A DNA stretch of 64,000 bases from a virus. The position numbers were made by a program, and so were the translations under genes. Shown one piece after another: positions 8,390 through 16,744 of the stretch. The notes beneath the pieces are model-generated. The model made no database searches, had not been told where the DNA came from, and saw only the letters and a program-made list of their open reading frames with translations. Location of the stretch: positions 1-64,000 of IMG/VR virus record IMGVR_UViG_3300050343_000285; one strand, written 5' to 3'. The stretch's first letter is position 1, and each line of letters opens with the position of its first letter.

Positions 8390-9057
8390 AAATTACAGGC
8401 TACACTATTCTTAGTAGGGGTGCAAGTAACAACACCACGACCACGACGAATCTCTGGACAAGTAATATATTTTTCTTCACCAAGAACAACCAACTTGGGC
8501 AGACTATCACGCCATTCTTGAGCCTTAACCTTTCCCCTTGGACGTTTAGTAGCAATTTTTTCGTCGCTATCGCACCATGCGAATAATTTGAAACCTACCG
8601 CTTTGGCATCGAGAACATTTTGAGCATTGTGGACACTAGCATATACAGCCATATACTTGTCCAGACTAACAAGCCGACTATCATAAATATGAGTATAAAA
8701 CCACATATCTGGCAAATTACCACCAGAGGCAAGAATACTCTCGCAAGCCCATACGATATTATCGACATATTCTACATCCAATTCTGAACCATTTTTATAA
8801 AAATCACCACGCTCATGCCAACGAATAGACTTATCTTTTTTTTCTGCGTTCACTATCATAGCACGGATTTTGTTTTTCTCCGTGATTAGATTCTGCATAC
8901 CAGCAGGACGAACACCGGGATAAATTTTTTCTAATTGTTCGGCATAACAACCATTACCTAGAAAATCACAACTAGGCGGGCATGTGTCCCCAACTGGTCG
9001 AGAAACTACAATACATTTTTCTTTACCTAGTTTATCATTACCGTTTGCTGTTTTCAT
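8347..9057 (-). CDS. phage gp88-like protein
   Basis: TCPPSC...GCYA, IRWHERGDF, WFYTH, YASVH, TCPE...C...CNLC pattern. Confidence 0.7.
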   Translation of the reverse strand: MKTANGNDKLGKEKCIVVSRPVGDTCPPSCDFLGNGCYAEQLEKIYPGVRPAGMQNLITEKNKIRAMIVNAEKKDKSIRWHERGDFYKNGSELDVEYVDNIVWACESILASGGNLPDMWFYTHIYDSRLVSLDKYMAVYASVHNAQNVLDAKAVGFKLFAWCDSDEKIATKRPRGKVKAQEWRDSLPKLVVLGEEKYITCPEIRRGRGVVTCTPTKNSVACNLCVKGLGNVLFPSH

Positions 9058-9311
9058 AATACTGCTCTCCGTGTGTGTGCTTCAAGTATATCATATTATC
9101 GTCTGGTGTCAACTAAAAACTATAGAAAAAATAAAAATAATGTTTGGCACAGAATTTGCTACACTTTCGCTGGCTATACCATATCGGCCCAGCCTTTAGG
9201 CTTAGATAAGACATGAGGTCTTTCGGCACACGGAGTGCGGCCGGTCCGCACCTAAGTCATTGCTGGGCAACAACTTAGGGCGGTTCACGGCACACACACC
9301 ACGGAAGAGAG

Positions 9312-9695
9312 TTATGCTACTGCCCAACCAAATAATGGCTTGCGGCAGTTCTTTACACGTTCGCAGTAAAACTGTCGAACATTACCATCCACTGTTTCAC
9401 ATGTTACCAAATGATTGGTACGCTGAAACTTTGGATCATTTCGACGATAGGTACTATGAGCATTCATTTTACGAATTGTCCGCTCGTCGAACTTTACAAC
9501 AGGCTCCACAACGCGAGCCAAAACACGTTTTGAGTCTCCGTGTAGAGGTTGCATATACTCAAAGTTGTATACTTCTCCAACTTGAGCATTGCACAAACTA
9601 GCACGAAAACCACCATATACAGCATAGATACCAAACGCAATCAACGCAAGGGCTCCTGCTGCTAAGATACCAGCAATCAACATTACATTATCCAT
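9312..9695 (-). CDS. hypothetical protein with N-terminal TM helix (start MDNVML)
   Basis: Hydrophobic LIAGILAAGALALIAFGIYAV; upstream sigma70 promoter 9733-9761. Confidence 0.7.
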   Translation of the reverse strand: MDNVMLIAGILAAGALALIAFGIYAVYGGFRASLCNAQVGEVYNFEYMQPLHGDSKRVLARVVEPVVKFDERTIRKMNAHSTYRRNDPKFQRTNHLVTCETVDGNVRQFYCERVKNCRKPLFGWAVA

Positions 9696-9757
9696 TATAA
9701 AACTCCTAAGTGTGAAAACCAAACCTAAAACCATTCTACCATACTCTTGACACCGTG

Positions 9758-10060
9758 TCAAGCCTTAATCGTCATTCCATCCTCAAAAGGTGTAATCCCA
9801 TTTACATACCATTCCCAATTTTCTTGGCGTACATAAAAAGGACTAAACTTATTGATTCTGTCTTTTGTCGTGGGTGATTTGTGCCCACCATGTCTTAGCG
9901 TTACGCTGTCGTCATCATGAATAGTAACAACATCCGTACTGTATAACATGAAAGCCACGCTACCATCCGGCTTGATTCTTGCGGTGGTATTATTGGCTAC
10001 CTTACGTTGCATTCTGTTAGTCTTACCTAAAACCAATTGTGTTGCTTCTGCGTGTGTCAT
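9758..10060 (-). CDS. hypothetical protein (100 aa)
   Basis: AAGGAG SD; composite promoter 10082-10110. Confidence 0.75.
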   Translation of the reverse strand: MTHAEATQLVLGKTNRMQRKVANNTTARIKPDGSVAFMLYSTDVVTIHDDDSVTLRHGGHKSPTTKDRINKFSPFYVRQENWEWYVNGITPFEDGMTIKA

Positions 10061-10184
10061 AAGTATTTCTCCTTACTTGTTATATCGTCAATTATACAGG
10101 GTAAACTTTAGTTGTCAACAGAAAAAAAAGAAAATAATTTTTGGCATACTGCGTGCGGCCTCTTTTTATGTAAGTCCTTATAGA

Positions 10185-10529
10185 TCAATCACTTACGTTC
10201 ATATCTCTGTGACCCCAAAATCTCATTTCGTTTTCTTTATCATCCCAATAGCATTGTACCTCATCTTTAGAACATAGTTCGGCTAATACAAAACCCATAT
10301 TCATACTATTGACATCTTCTAAAAACATTTCCATTTTTTCTCTAGTAGATATAAACTCCCCATCGTCTTCTTCACAATAGCCACGTAAATGATTAATCAA
10401 CATACCCTCATTAAGATTTTCAAAGTCTGGAATTATATGTTCAACAACGCGATTAAGATCTACCGCAAATTCTTCCATGGTTTTTCTCCTTAATTTTTCA
10501 AAATCAGCAACTAACAACCAACTCATCAT
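10185..10529 (-). CDS. acidic hypothetical protein (start probably ~10478)
   Basis: ORF; 3' end overlaps a 29-bp inverted repeat. Confidence 0.6.
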   Translation of the reverse strand: MMSWLLVADFEKLRRKTMEEFAVDLNRVVEHIIPDFENLNEGMLINHLRGYCEEDDGEFISTREKMEMFLEDVNSMNMGFVLAELCSKDEVQCYWDDKENEMRFWGHRDMNVSD

Positions 10530-11097
10530 CCTGTACTAAATTACGCTCTAGCATACGATCCATAATAGTATCCATAAGCCTACCATAATCATATGTTGGC
10601 TCATCTTGAAAATCAAGCCCTTCCGACGGGTGAATAATAAAGTCTAAGGTATCATGAGGTATTGATGCTGTTATCTTATCCCCACTATGTTCAAAATACT
10701 TACAAATATTATTATAACTACCTACAGCAATAGAATATGGTGCAGAAGTTTGAGTAAGTATGATGTAATCAAACATTTTTTCTATATTATAGTTTTTACC
10801 TAACTTGTTAGCAATCGTTACAGCATTGGTTTTGCCAGTACGTTTCTGGAACATTTTTTGTTGAGATTTTCCAGATACTCGTTCTTTACAAAAAGTCCAA
10901 TCGTATCCAACCTCATCTACATATTCTAGATATGGAAAAACTTTAGCATATTTTTTATCAATCAGTTTTGCTTTCATAAATCTGTGACCAGAATCATTTA
11001 AGCTGGCTCCAATGTTATGGCATTGTTGAAGTAGTTCGTGACAGCTTTTTGGACTGTTAGTTAAATAAGCTGAGAGTAAATTACTTACGGTTTTCAT
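10504..11097 (-). CDS. hypothetical protein, possible PD-(D/E)xK nuclease fold
   Basis: GYD...ERVSGK and FDYIILTQ motifs (weak). Confidence 0.6.
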   Translation of the reverse strand: MKTVSNLLSAYLTNSPKSCHELLQQCHNIGASLNDSGHRFMKAKLIDKKYAKVFPYLEYVDEVGYDWTFCKERVSGKSQQKMFQKRTGKTNAVTIANKLGKNYNIEKMFDYIILTQTSAPYSIAVGSYNNICKYFEHSGDKITASIPHDTLDFIIHPSEGLDFQDEPTYDYGRLMDTIMDRMLERNLVQDDELVVSC

Positions 11098-11159
11098 AGC
11101 GTTGTCCTTTCGTATTTAGTATCTTACCATACTATTATCGACGTGTCAATATCAAAACT

Positions 11160-11465
11160 TTATTCTTCGTAAGTAATAAATACCCACGACCACTCTCTGG
11201 TTTTTAGATTGTATTTATAATGTTTATAAACTACCCTATTGTAAATATGTCTATTGTCCACAGTGGTTTTAAGAATATCATTTTCCAGACTTATATCTAC
11301 TATATCAGAGTAGGGAAAGTCTAACAGCAAACGATAGTCGCTACTGTAAAACCAGTAGGTATTATATGTCTTATTGTATGTTCTATGGACACGTTCACCT
11401 ATATAATCTAAATCAATTACACAGTTTCCTGAAATAGCTAATCCTAAAATTAGTTTTAATAACAT
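11160..11465 (-). CDS. hypothetical protein, signal-peptide-like N-terminus
   Basis: MLLKLILGLAISGNC; AAGGAG SD. Confidence 0.65.
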   Translation of the reverse strand: MLLKLILGLAISGNCVIDLDYIGERVHRTYNKTYNTYWFYSSDYRLLLDFPYSDIVDISLENDILKTTVDNRHIYNRVVYKHYKYNLKTREWSWVFITYEE

Positions 11466-11647
11466 TTTGTTTTCTCCTTGTTTTAGTCTTAAGTATTGCT
11501 ATTCTACCAATTATTATCGTCTAGATCAAGCAATTTCTTGATTTTTATTTTGGTAGCTGTAAGTGCTTGTCAAATAAGAACTTAGGCACGCAGAGTGCGG
11601 CCGGGTAGCCCCTCTAGGGGGTGAACCCTATTTGAGGAGCATTACCT

Positions 11648-11860
11648 TCAATTAGATGTAATATTGTTGTAAGGATAATTCCCATTATAAGGGCTGTTAC
11701 CATAATTCGGACTAGGCTCTTCTGGTCTTTCCTCGTAGTATTCTTCTCGTTCATATTCGCTCTCCTTAGCGTCTAACATATCCCTGAGATACCAACACAA
11801 CAACGTGCCGCATACATATCCTATCGTCAAACTAGCAACGTCAAGTTGAATAAAATTCAT
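11648..11860 (-). CDS. small membrane protein
   Basis: Hydrophobic N-terminal segment; overlaps the upstream stop codon (ATGA). Confidence 0.6.
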   Translation of the reverse strand: MNFIQLDVASLTIGYVCGTLLCWYLRDMLDAKESEYEREEYYEERPEEPSPNYGNSPYNGNYPYNNITSN

Positions 11861-12087
11861 TCTCCCTTATACTCCTCATAAGTGAAACTTTGTACGCCAT
11901 TACGATATTGTTGCTCTACAACACCTGAAATTGCTACAATATTTTCTTGACGATCTTCTGGTGTGTTAAGATCAATTCTAGGTACTGCTACCATGATTGT
12001 CAAGTTGTCCTGCTCTTCGCCTGTAATTTCATCGACAATATTTTTGCAATCGTAGTATCTAAAATTTGGATCCATCGCGTTATTCAT
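11857..12087 (-). CDS. hypothetical protein
   Basis: Translationally coupled ORF. Confidence 0.65.
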   Translation of the reverse strand: MNNAMDPNFRYYDCKNIVDEITGEEQDNLTIMVAVPRIDLNTPEDRQENIVAISGVVEQQYRNGVQSFTYEEYKGE

Positions 12088-12266
12088 TTTTCATCCCTGT
12101 ATCGTTTGAGTAATTCTTTAGAACCTGATCGAACCACATTTTCTAATATCTCTAATTCTGTCAAGTCTCCTCTCAATTTTGCTTTCGGGATGTCCTTTCC
12201 ACATTCCCTAACCCACATCTGTATATCTTCGGTTGGAAATTCGTCAAAATAGTATGGCATATCCAT
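12084..12266 (-). CDS. hypothetical protein
   Basis: Translationally coupled ORF. Confidence 0.6.
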   Translation of the reverse strand: MDMPYYFDEFPTEDIQMWVRECGKDIPKAKLRGDLTELEILENVVRSGSKELLKRYRDEK

Positions 12267-12269
12267 AGT

Positions 12270-12533
12270 TTAACCCCAATCTTCTGGATACTCAAGACAG
12301 TCGTGGTAGCATTCCCATTCCGCCCCGTATCCGTATAGATCGTTACATTCCTGCTCAAGATCAGGCTGTCCGTCATCATCCCCATCATAGAAGGCATGTT
12401 CGTACTGATCATCCTCCATCATGTCACGGGTGTCAAGACCATCAACAACGTCCTCATCTGAACGATAAATGTTTTCAGCAGGTGTCATAACTTTTCTCCA
12501 ATTGGGTCTTGTTGTTATATTCCAAGTATACAA
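12270..12533 (-). CDS. acidic hypothetical protein (start probably ~12488)
   Basis: Track start overlaps promoter 12537-12564; GGAGAAAAGTTATG. Confidence 0.6.
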   Translation of the reverse strand: MYTWNITTRPNWRKVMTPAENIYRSDEDVVDGLDTRDMMEDDQYEHAFYDGDDDGQPDLEQECNDLYGYGAEWECYHDCLEYPEDWG

Positions 12534-13022
12534 TCATTATCGACATTGTCAAGCGAAATCTTTATTTTTTTTCATAGATTGTGTCCAAGTAAATTTCCTC
12601 CGGCGTGATAACATAACCATACTCACAATTAGGGGTATACACTCCGAAATATACTTTTCCGTTGTCGTACCCTTCGAACCCGATCATCATGCCAAAGATA
12701 GTGTAGATTGTCAACATCATTTTTCTCCGTGGGTTATTGTTTCCTATATATATTATCGACTTGTCCAGGCGAAAACATTAGGATAAAAAAGAAAATTTTT
12801 GGGAATTCACTGGCTGTCGTGCTATGACAAGTGAAGCGGGAGGCTTAGGTGCGACAGAACGTATACCAACTTTGGCGGCCGGTCGAACTGCTCGTAAGTC
12901 CTTTACTGACAACAACTTACGATTACTTTATGTTAAATACTAATTTAGTAAACATATAAGCAAACAACAACACGTACCCCATCGAAACGATAGGGCCGTA
13001 TTGCTGAATGAATGGAACCAAG

Positions 13023-13286
13023 TCAAGCCACGGCTGCATCATCTTCTTCTACCTCGTCGTCTTCCGCATCTTCAGCAAAACATGCTGCGTTGATCTCATC
13101 TATATCTAAGTTGCTATCATTCCATGCTACATGGTCAGGAGTTTCCAGTGAATCCAACTCCCGCATAGTACCAACAAACTCATCATAATTAGCACAAGAC
13201 ATGCTGAGATTGTAGAGCCCTTCATCGTTAGCAATCCACAAGCAAACATTCCACGTTTCATAGTTTTCATATCCGTTGTAACTCAT
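13023..13286 (-). CDS. phage hypothetical protein (YNGYENYETWNVCLW type)
   Basis: GAGG SD; sigma70 promoter TTGACG-16-TATACT at ~13332-13359. Confidence 0.75.
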   Translation of the reverse strand: MSYNGYENYETWNVCLWIANDEGLYNLSMSCANYDEFVGTMRELDSLETPDHVAWNDSNLDIDEINAACFAEDAEDDEVEEDDAAVA

Positions 13287-13490
13287 GATAGCCTCTCAAG
13301 TAAAATCATTGAAACAGTAACCACTAAGAAAAGTATAACACACATTCCATCAGCGTCAAATCTTTTTTTCATCTTTAACTCCTTACTGTTATATCGACAT
13401 TATATACAGTATAACTTTAGTTGTCAATAGATAAATTTAAAATATTTTGCGGCCGCACTCCCTGTGCCTAAGTCCTTTACCGATAATGGT

Positions 13491-13919
13491 TTACGTCAAC
13501 AATACATATCGTTTCTTATTACCTCCCATTGTTTCCAGTTTTGAAATTTTATGTCGAAAAAATAAGGCTGCTTTCCCTTGTATATATCTACTGCTTAGAT
13601 GTTGATTCATTTCCTCGAATGATATTTTATCTTTACCCTCTACCATCTGATTCCATATAACATCTTTCTGCTCTGATGTAACATACTTAGGATTCATAGG
13701 AGTAGCAGTCATACTCTTCATCTTTTGTTCAATTTGTTTCTCTACAAACTCTGGTGATAGGTCACTCATAATATCAGAGTACTGTTCTTTTATATCCTTT
13801 ACTCTCTGCTCATATCGTTGGTACTGCTCTATTATCAGTCGATTCTGAATTAGTACTTCTGCCATATCTCTGCACATATCATCTAATGCTGTCAATCTTG
13901 TTTCAAAATCCATAATCAT
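13491..13919 (-). CDS. hypothetical coiled-coil protein
   Basis: ORF track; coupled to the upstream gene. Confidence 0.7.
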   Translation of the reverse strand: MIMDFETRLTALDDMCRDMAEVLIQNRLIIEQYQRYEQRVKDIKEQYSDIMSDLSPEFVEKQIEQKMKSMTATPMNPKYVTSEQKDVIWNQMVEGKDKISFEEMNQHLSSRYIQGKAALFFRHKISKLETMGGNKKRYVLLT

Positions 13920-14182
13920 TCTCCTTTGGATGTTTTATTGCCCCATGCTTTAATAGCAGATACTGAACATGCGTGAAGGTTATTGTCAAATTTAAATATA
14001 CCTCCTACCGTTTCAATACTCTCTGTTGCCCAACCCTTACCATCATTCATGTCTTCTCTGTAATAACACATCTCCGTTCCTTTATAAGTATACATATCTA
14101 CAACTTTCCTACGCCATCCATGACCCTTTTTTCTTTCCCATACACTTCCGGTTTCTACTGTAATTATTTTTCTGTTACTCAT
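13916..14182 (-). CDS. hypothetical protein
   Basis: Coupled ORF. Confidence 0.65.
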   Translation of the reverse strand: MSNRKIITVETGSVWERKKGHGWRRKVVDMYTYKGTEMCYYREDMNDGKGWATESIETVGGIFKFDNNLHACSVSAIKAWGNKTSKGE

Positions 14183-14343
14183 TGTAAAAGTTCCTGCAAT
14201 GTAAAATGTTGTCTGCTACTCTCATTCCGTCCTTATCGTCAGTCTCCCAACAAGACACGTAGTACATTTGTACCAAACGAGTTGATAACTTGTCAAGGAT
14301 ATCATATAGGTTCTTTTCAATTAGTTCGTTCATTGTAAGCATA
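14175..14343 (-). CDS. hypothetical protein (start MLTMNEL)
   Basis: GGAGAG SD inside the end of the upstream gene. Confidence 0.55.
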
Positions 14344-14679
14344 CTCTCCTGTGTCATAGTTTCTAATCTCTTGTAGTCTATCAGCAATTTCAAAATGGTC
14401 AAGCCATCCAAATACTTCTACCGCCCCATGTCGCTTGTGTATAGGATGACTCTCTAATACTTTGTACGACATATTAGGATCGGTGCCGTGTTTATGTTCT
14501 ATAATCCAGACTTCAAAGTAGCCGCTATTCCCGCCATAACTTTTGTCATGATTACACACAATAGCACCAAGCCCATTAGAGAAAAAATAACGCTTAACAT
14601 ATCGACCCTTCTCTTTCATATACTGGGAATCAAAATATGTTTCATTTAGTTTCAGTGGGTTCACTTTAGTTGTGATCAT
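14317..14679 (-). CDS. hypothetical protein (FSNGLGA...YGGNSGYFEV type)
   Basis: GAGGAG SD. Confidence 0.7.
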   Translation of the reverse strand: MITTKVNPLKLNETYFDSQYMKEKGRYVKRYFFSNGLGAIVCNHDKSYGGNSGYFEVWIIEHKHGTDPNMSYKVLESHPIHKRHGAVEVFGWLDHFEIADRLQEIRNYDTGEYAYNERTN

Positions 14680-14878
14680 TTTTTACTCCTCAATATGTGA
14701 TAGTGTGAATGGGATTATAACATGATCGGCTACCTTTTGTCTAGCCTCAGTTTCTGTCATGGCCCCAACTTCGCCAATCTTATTTCCTTGTAGGTCAATT
14801 ACAGCCCAAACATTTTTTCTAGGATACACTACGCAATTATTGTTACTCATTTTAATTTCTCCTTATTTATAAAGTTTA

Positions 14879-15061
14879 TCAGCCAGCCCCGTGGAAGTCA
14901 AGGCTAGATTCAAAATGTACAGCTTCCGAACAATCAAAGTCTGTACGATCTTCGATAACCTCACAATGTTCGTAGCATGTGGGACAGATGTCTGCGTCGG
15001 AGTGAACCGAAGCACCACAGCAGTCTGAAGAGTAAACGATTTCAAAGTTGTTATTTAACAT
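14879..15061 (-). CDS. small Cys-rich (zinc-binding) protein
   Basis: SDCCGA...ICPTCYEHC; promoter 15113-15140. Confidence 0.7.
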   Translation of the reverse strand: MLNNNFEIVYSSDCCGASVHSDADICPTCYEHCEVIEDRTDFDCSEAVHFESSLDFHGAG

Positions 15062-15299
15062 TTTCTTTTCTTTCTAATCTTTGTTACTTGTTATATCTGA
15101 AGTATATATACTATATCGGAATTTGTCAAGCAATAATTTAGAAATATTTTTATTTTTTTTCTGTGTGCAAATATCATGCCATAATTTTTTTTCTTTTGGC
15201 ACATGATTTGCTATATGTTAAGATAGGTAACCCGGCCGGGCGAAATGCTCGTAAGTCATGATGTGGCAACGACTTACGAACATCCACCCCAATGGGTGA

Positions 15300-15512
15300 T
15301 TATGCAGCCTGATAGTGGCGTATACGATTACTTCTTCTTACTCTTTTTAGTTTTTCTCGTACGGCTTCTTTCATAAGTTCAGCAACTACACTATATTTTT
15401 TTGTAGTGTAAGTCTGTTCATTATCTCTTAGATCTTGTCCAAGTGTACGGATCCAAGCATCTAGTTCAACTGTTTTCATTTGCTGGAAAGTACTCATAGG
15501 TTTATTCTCCAA
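15300..15512 (-). CDS. hypothetical protein
   Basis: ORF track. Confidence 0.6.
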   Translation of the reverse strand: MENKPMSTFQQMKTVELDAWIRTLGQDLRDNEQTYTTKKYSVVAELMKEAVREKLKRVRRSNRIRHYQAA

Positions 15513-15786
15513 ATGGTGATTGTTCTAAGGTGGTTGCATAATGTAAACGTAACGCTGCTATTCTTTCATCACTTCCCGGTTTACCTACTGGTATAATCAT
15601 ATCGTCTTTACTACTAAGATACCTATCGTCTACCTTCGCTTGCTCACTCTTTACAATTTTTCTCATAGCCTTTCTATTAAACTTATGAACCGTACCATCC
15701 TGTTCAACACCTTTCCATATCATACTACATTCATCCCATGCAGCGGATAAAATAGGATATTTTCTCATTAGTTTTTCTGTACTCAT
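15502..15786 (-). CDS. hypothetical protein
   Basis: ORF track. Confidence 0.65.
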   Translation of the reverse strand: MSTEKLMRKYPILSAAWDECSMIWKGVEQDGTVHKFNRKAMRKIVKSEQAKVDDRYLSSKDDMIIPVGKPGSDERIAALRLHYATTLEQSPFGE

Positions 15787-16148
15787 TTTTTATCATCCTC
15801 AAATATAGGGTCGCCACACTCATCAACTGGTATACCGTCTTCACTCATAAATATATCACCATTCCGCAGTCCGTCAATAGTAATTTCTAATTTTTCTTGC
15901 TCTGTAAACATTTAGAATCTTTCCTGTCTACTGTGCTGCATTTAAGTAAATTTCATCGAATAAGTCTACCCCAGTGACTTCACACCAATCAAGCGGGTGT
16001 GAATTGTTGTCATCGCAAGGTTCTACCACACCTTCATTTTCTAGGGCGGCAATTAACAGTTGAGTATTTATATCTAACATCTCAATTTCTCCGTGGTAAG
16101 TGTATCAAAAGTGTACCAAAATTTTTCTGTCTACGTCAATAGCAAAAA

Positions 16149-16346
16149 TTAACCTAATCCCCAAACGCGGTTTAGGTCATAACTATTCTGTAATGTTCTC
16201 ATTACAATAGAATCATCTTGACAAAATTTGCCATTCTTAGCATATCCGATTACCTTGTTGGTATCGGTTGTTACTACTACTTGACGATTGTGAACGTCTA
16301 CGATTTTAAGATTGTTAGCTATTCGATTTTTTTGTGAAATAATCAT
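16149..16346 (-). CDS. hypothetical protein
   Basis: AAGGA SD; promoter 16378-16406. Confidence 0.65.
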   Translation of the reverse strand: MIISQKNRIANNLKIVDVHNRQVVVTTDTNKVIGYAKNGKFCQDDSIVMRTLQNSYDLNRVWGLG

Positions 16347-16526
16347 TTTTTATCCTTTGTTTAATGTCCTATTTACTATATCGGAATTTTAGCATAGTAA
16401 ACTTTAATGTCAAGAAAAAACTTTTTTTCTTTTCTAATATATATATAGTGCAAGTATCATGCCATTCGGATAAAATTTTTTTGGCTATACTTGTATACTT
16501 TTTATATTGTCATTATGGCATAATTC

Positions 16527-16610
16527 ACATTATTGCGACACGTTTTGTCACGTTGTTGTGAATAGTGTATAAAACCCGTTAAATACGTGTCATATTATTG
16601 TGACACATTT
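16527..16610 (+). repeat. 19-bp imperfect direct repeat AYATTATTGYGACACRTTT x2 in the non-coding junction
   Basis: 16527-16545 and 16592-16610, with additional GACAC/TGTCAC half-motifs nearby. Confidence 0.65.
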
Positions 16611-16744
16611 TAAGATGATTCACACGTATGATACACTTAGCATGGGGGTTTTTTTGTTTTACGTATGTACGCTGTCGCCGTGCTAAAAAATGCCGGGTGG
16701 TCCAAAAATAGTAAGGACGGTCTATATTAAATGTAATACCTAAA

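Larger units (their letters stand above)
2076..15278. repeat. dispersed 29-bp imperfect inverted repeat YGTAAGTCCTT-N7-AACAACTTACG (core TAAGT-N15-ACTTA), 12 copies
   Basis: Cores at 2078-2102, 2157-2181, 2249-2273, 3400-3424, 6196-6220, 7920-7944, 9253-9277, 10171-10195, 11560-11584, 12895-12919, 13469-13493 (degenerate) and 15252-15276; spacing invariant; none noticed beyond 15.3 kb. Confidence 0.93.
3352..16406 (-). promoter_or_regulatory. sigma28-like TAAAGWWW-N12/13-GHCGATAW elements interleaved with sigma70 TTGACA-N16/17-TAYAMT promoters, 14 copies
   Basis: 3352-3380, 5535-5562, 6142-6170, 7535-7563, 7843-7870, 9096-9124, 10082-10110, 11135-11162, 11514-11541, 12537-12564, 12753-12780, 13391-13419, 15113-15140 and 16378-16406; all on the minus strand ahead of ORFs or ncRNAs. 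Confidence 0.8.
2220..16464. promoter_or_regulatory. sigma54 (-24/-12)-like GG-N10-GC sites, 12 copies
   Basis: Canonical TGGCAY-N5-TTGCW at 9145(+), 15197(+), 15166-15181(-) and 16449-16464(-); variant GGCA-N6-GTGCGGCC at 2221, 6221, 7892, 9225, 10143, 11585 (+) and at 3439-3453, 13455-13469 (-). Confidence 0.6.

Noticed and set aside
2221-13469. GCA-N6-GTGC as a type I restriction site cluster
   Set aside because: Phages deplete rather than cluster such sites; the fixed GG prefix and GGCC suffix fit a binding or promoter motif better
2076-15278. CRISPR array interpretation of the 29-bp repeats
   Set aside because: Copies are tens to thousands of bases apart, separated by genes, variable in the middle, and there are no cas genes
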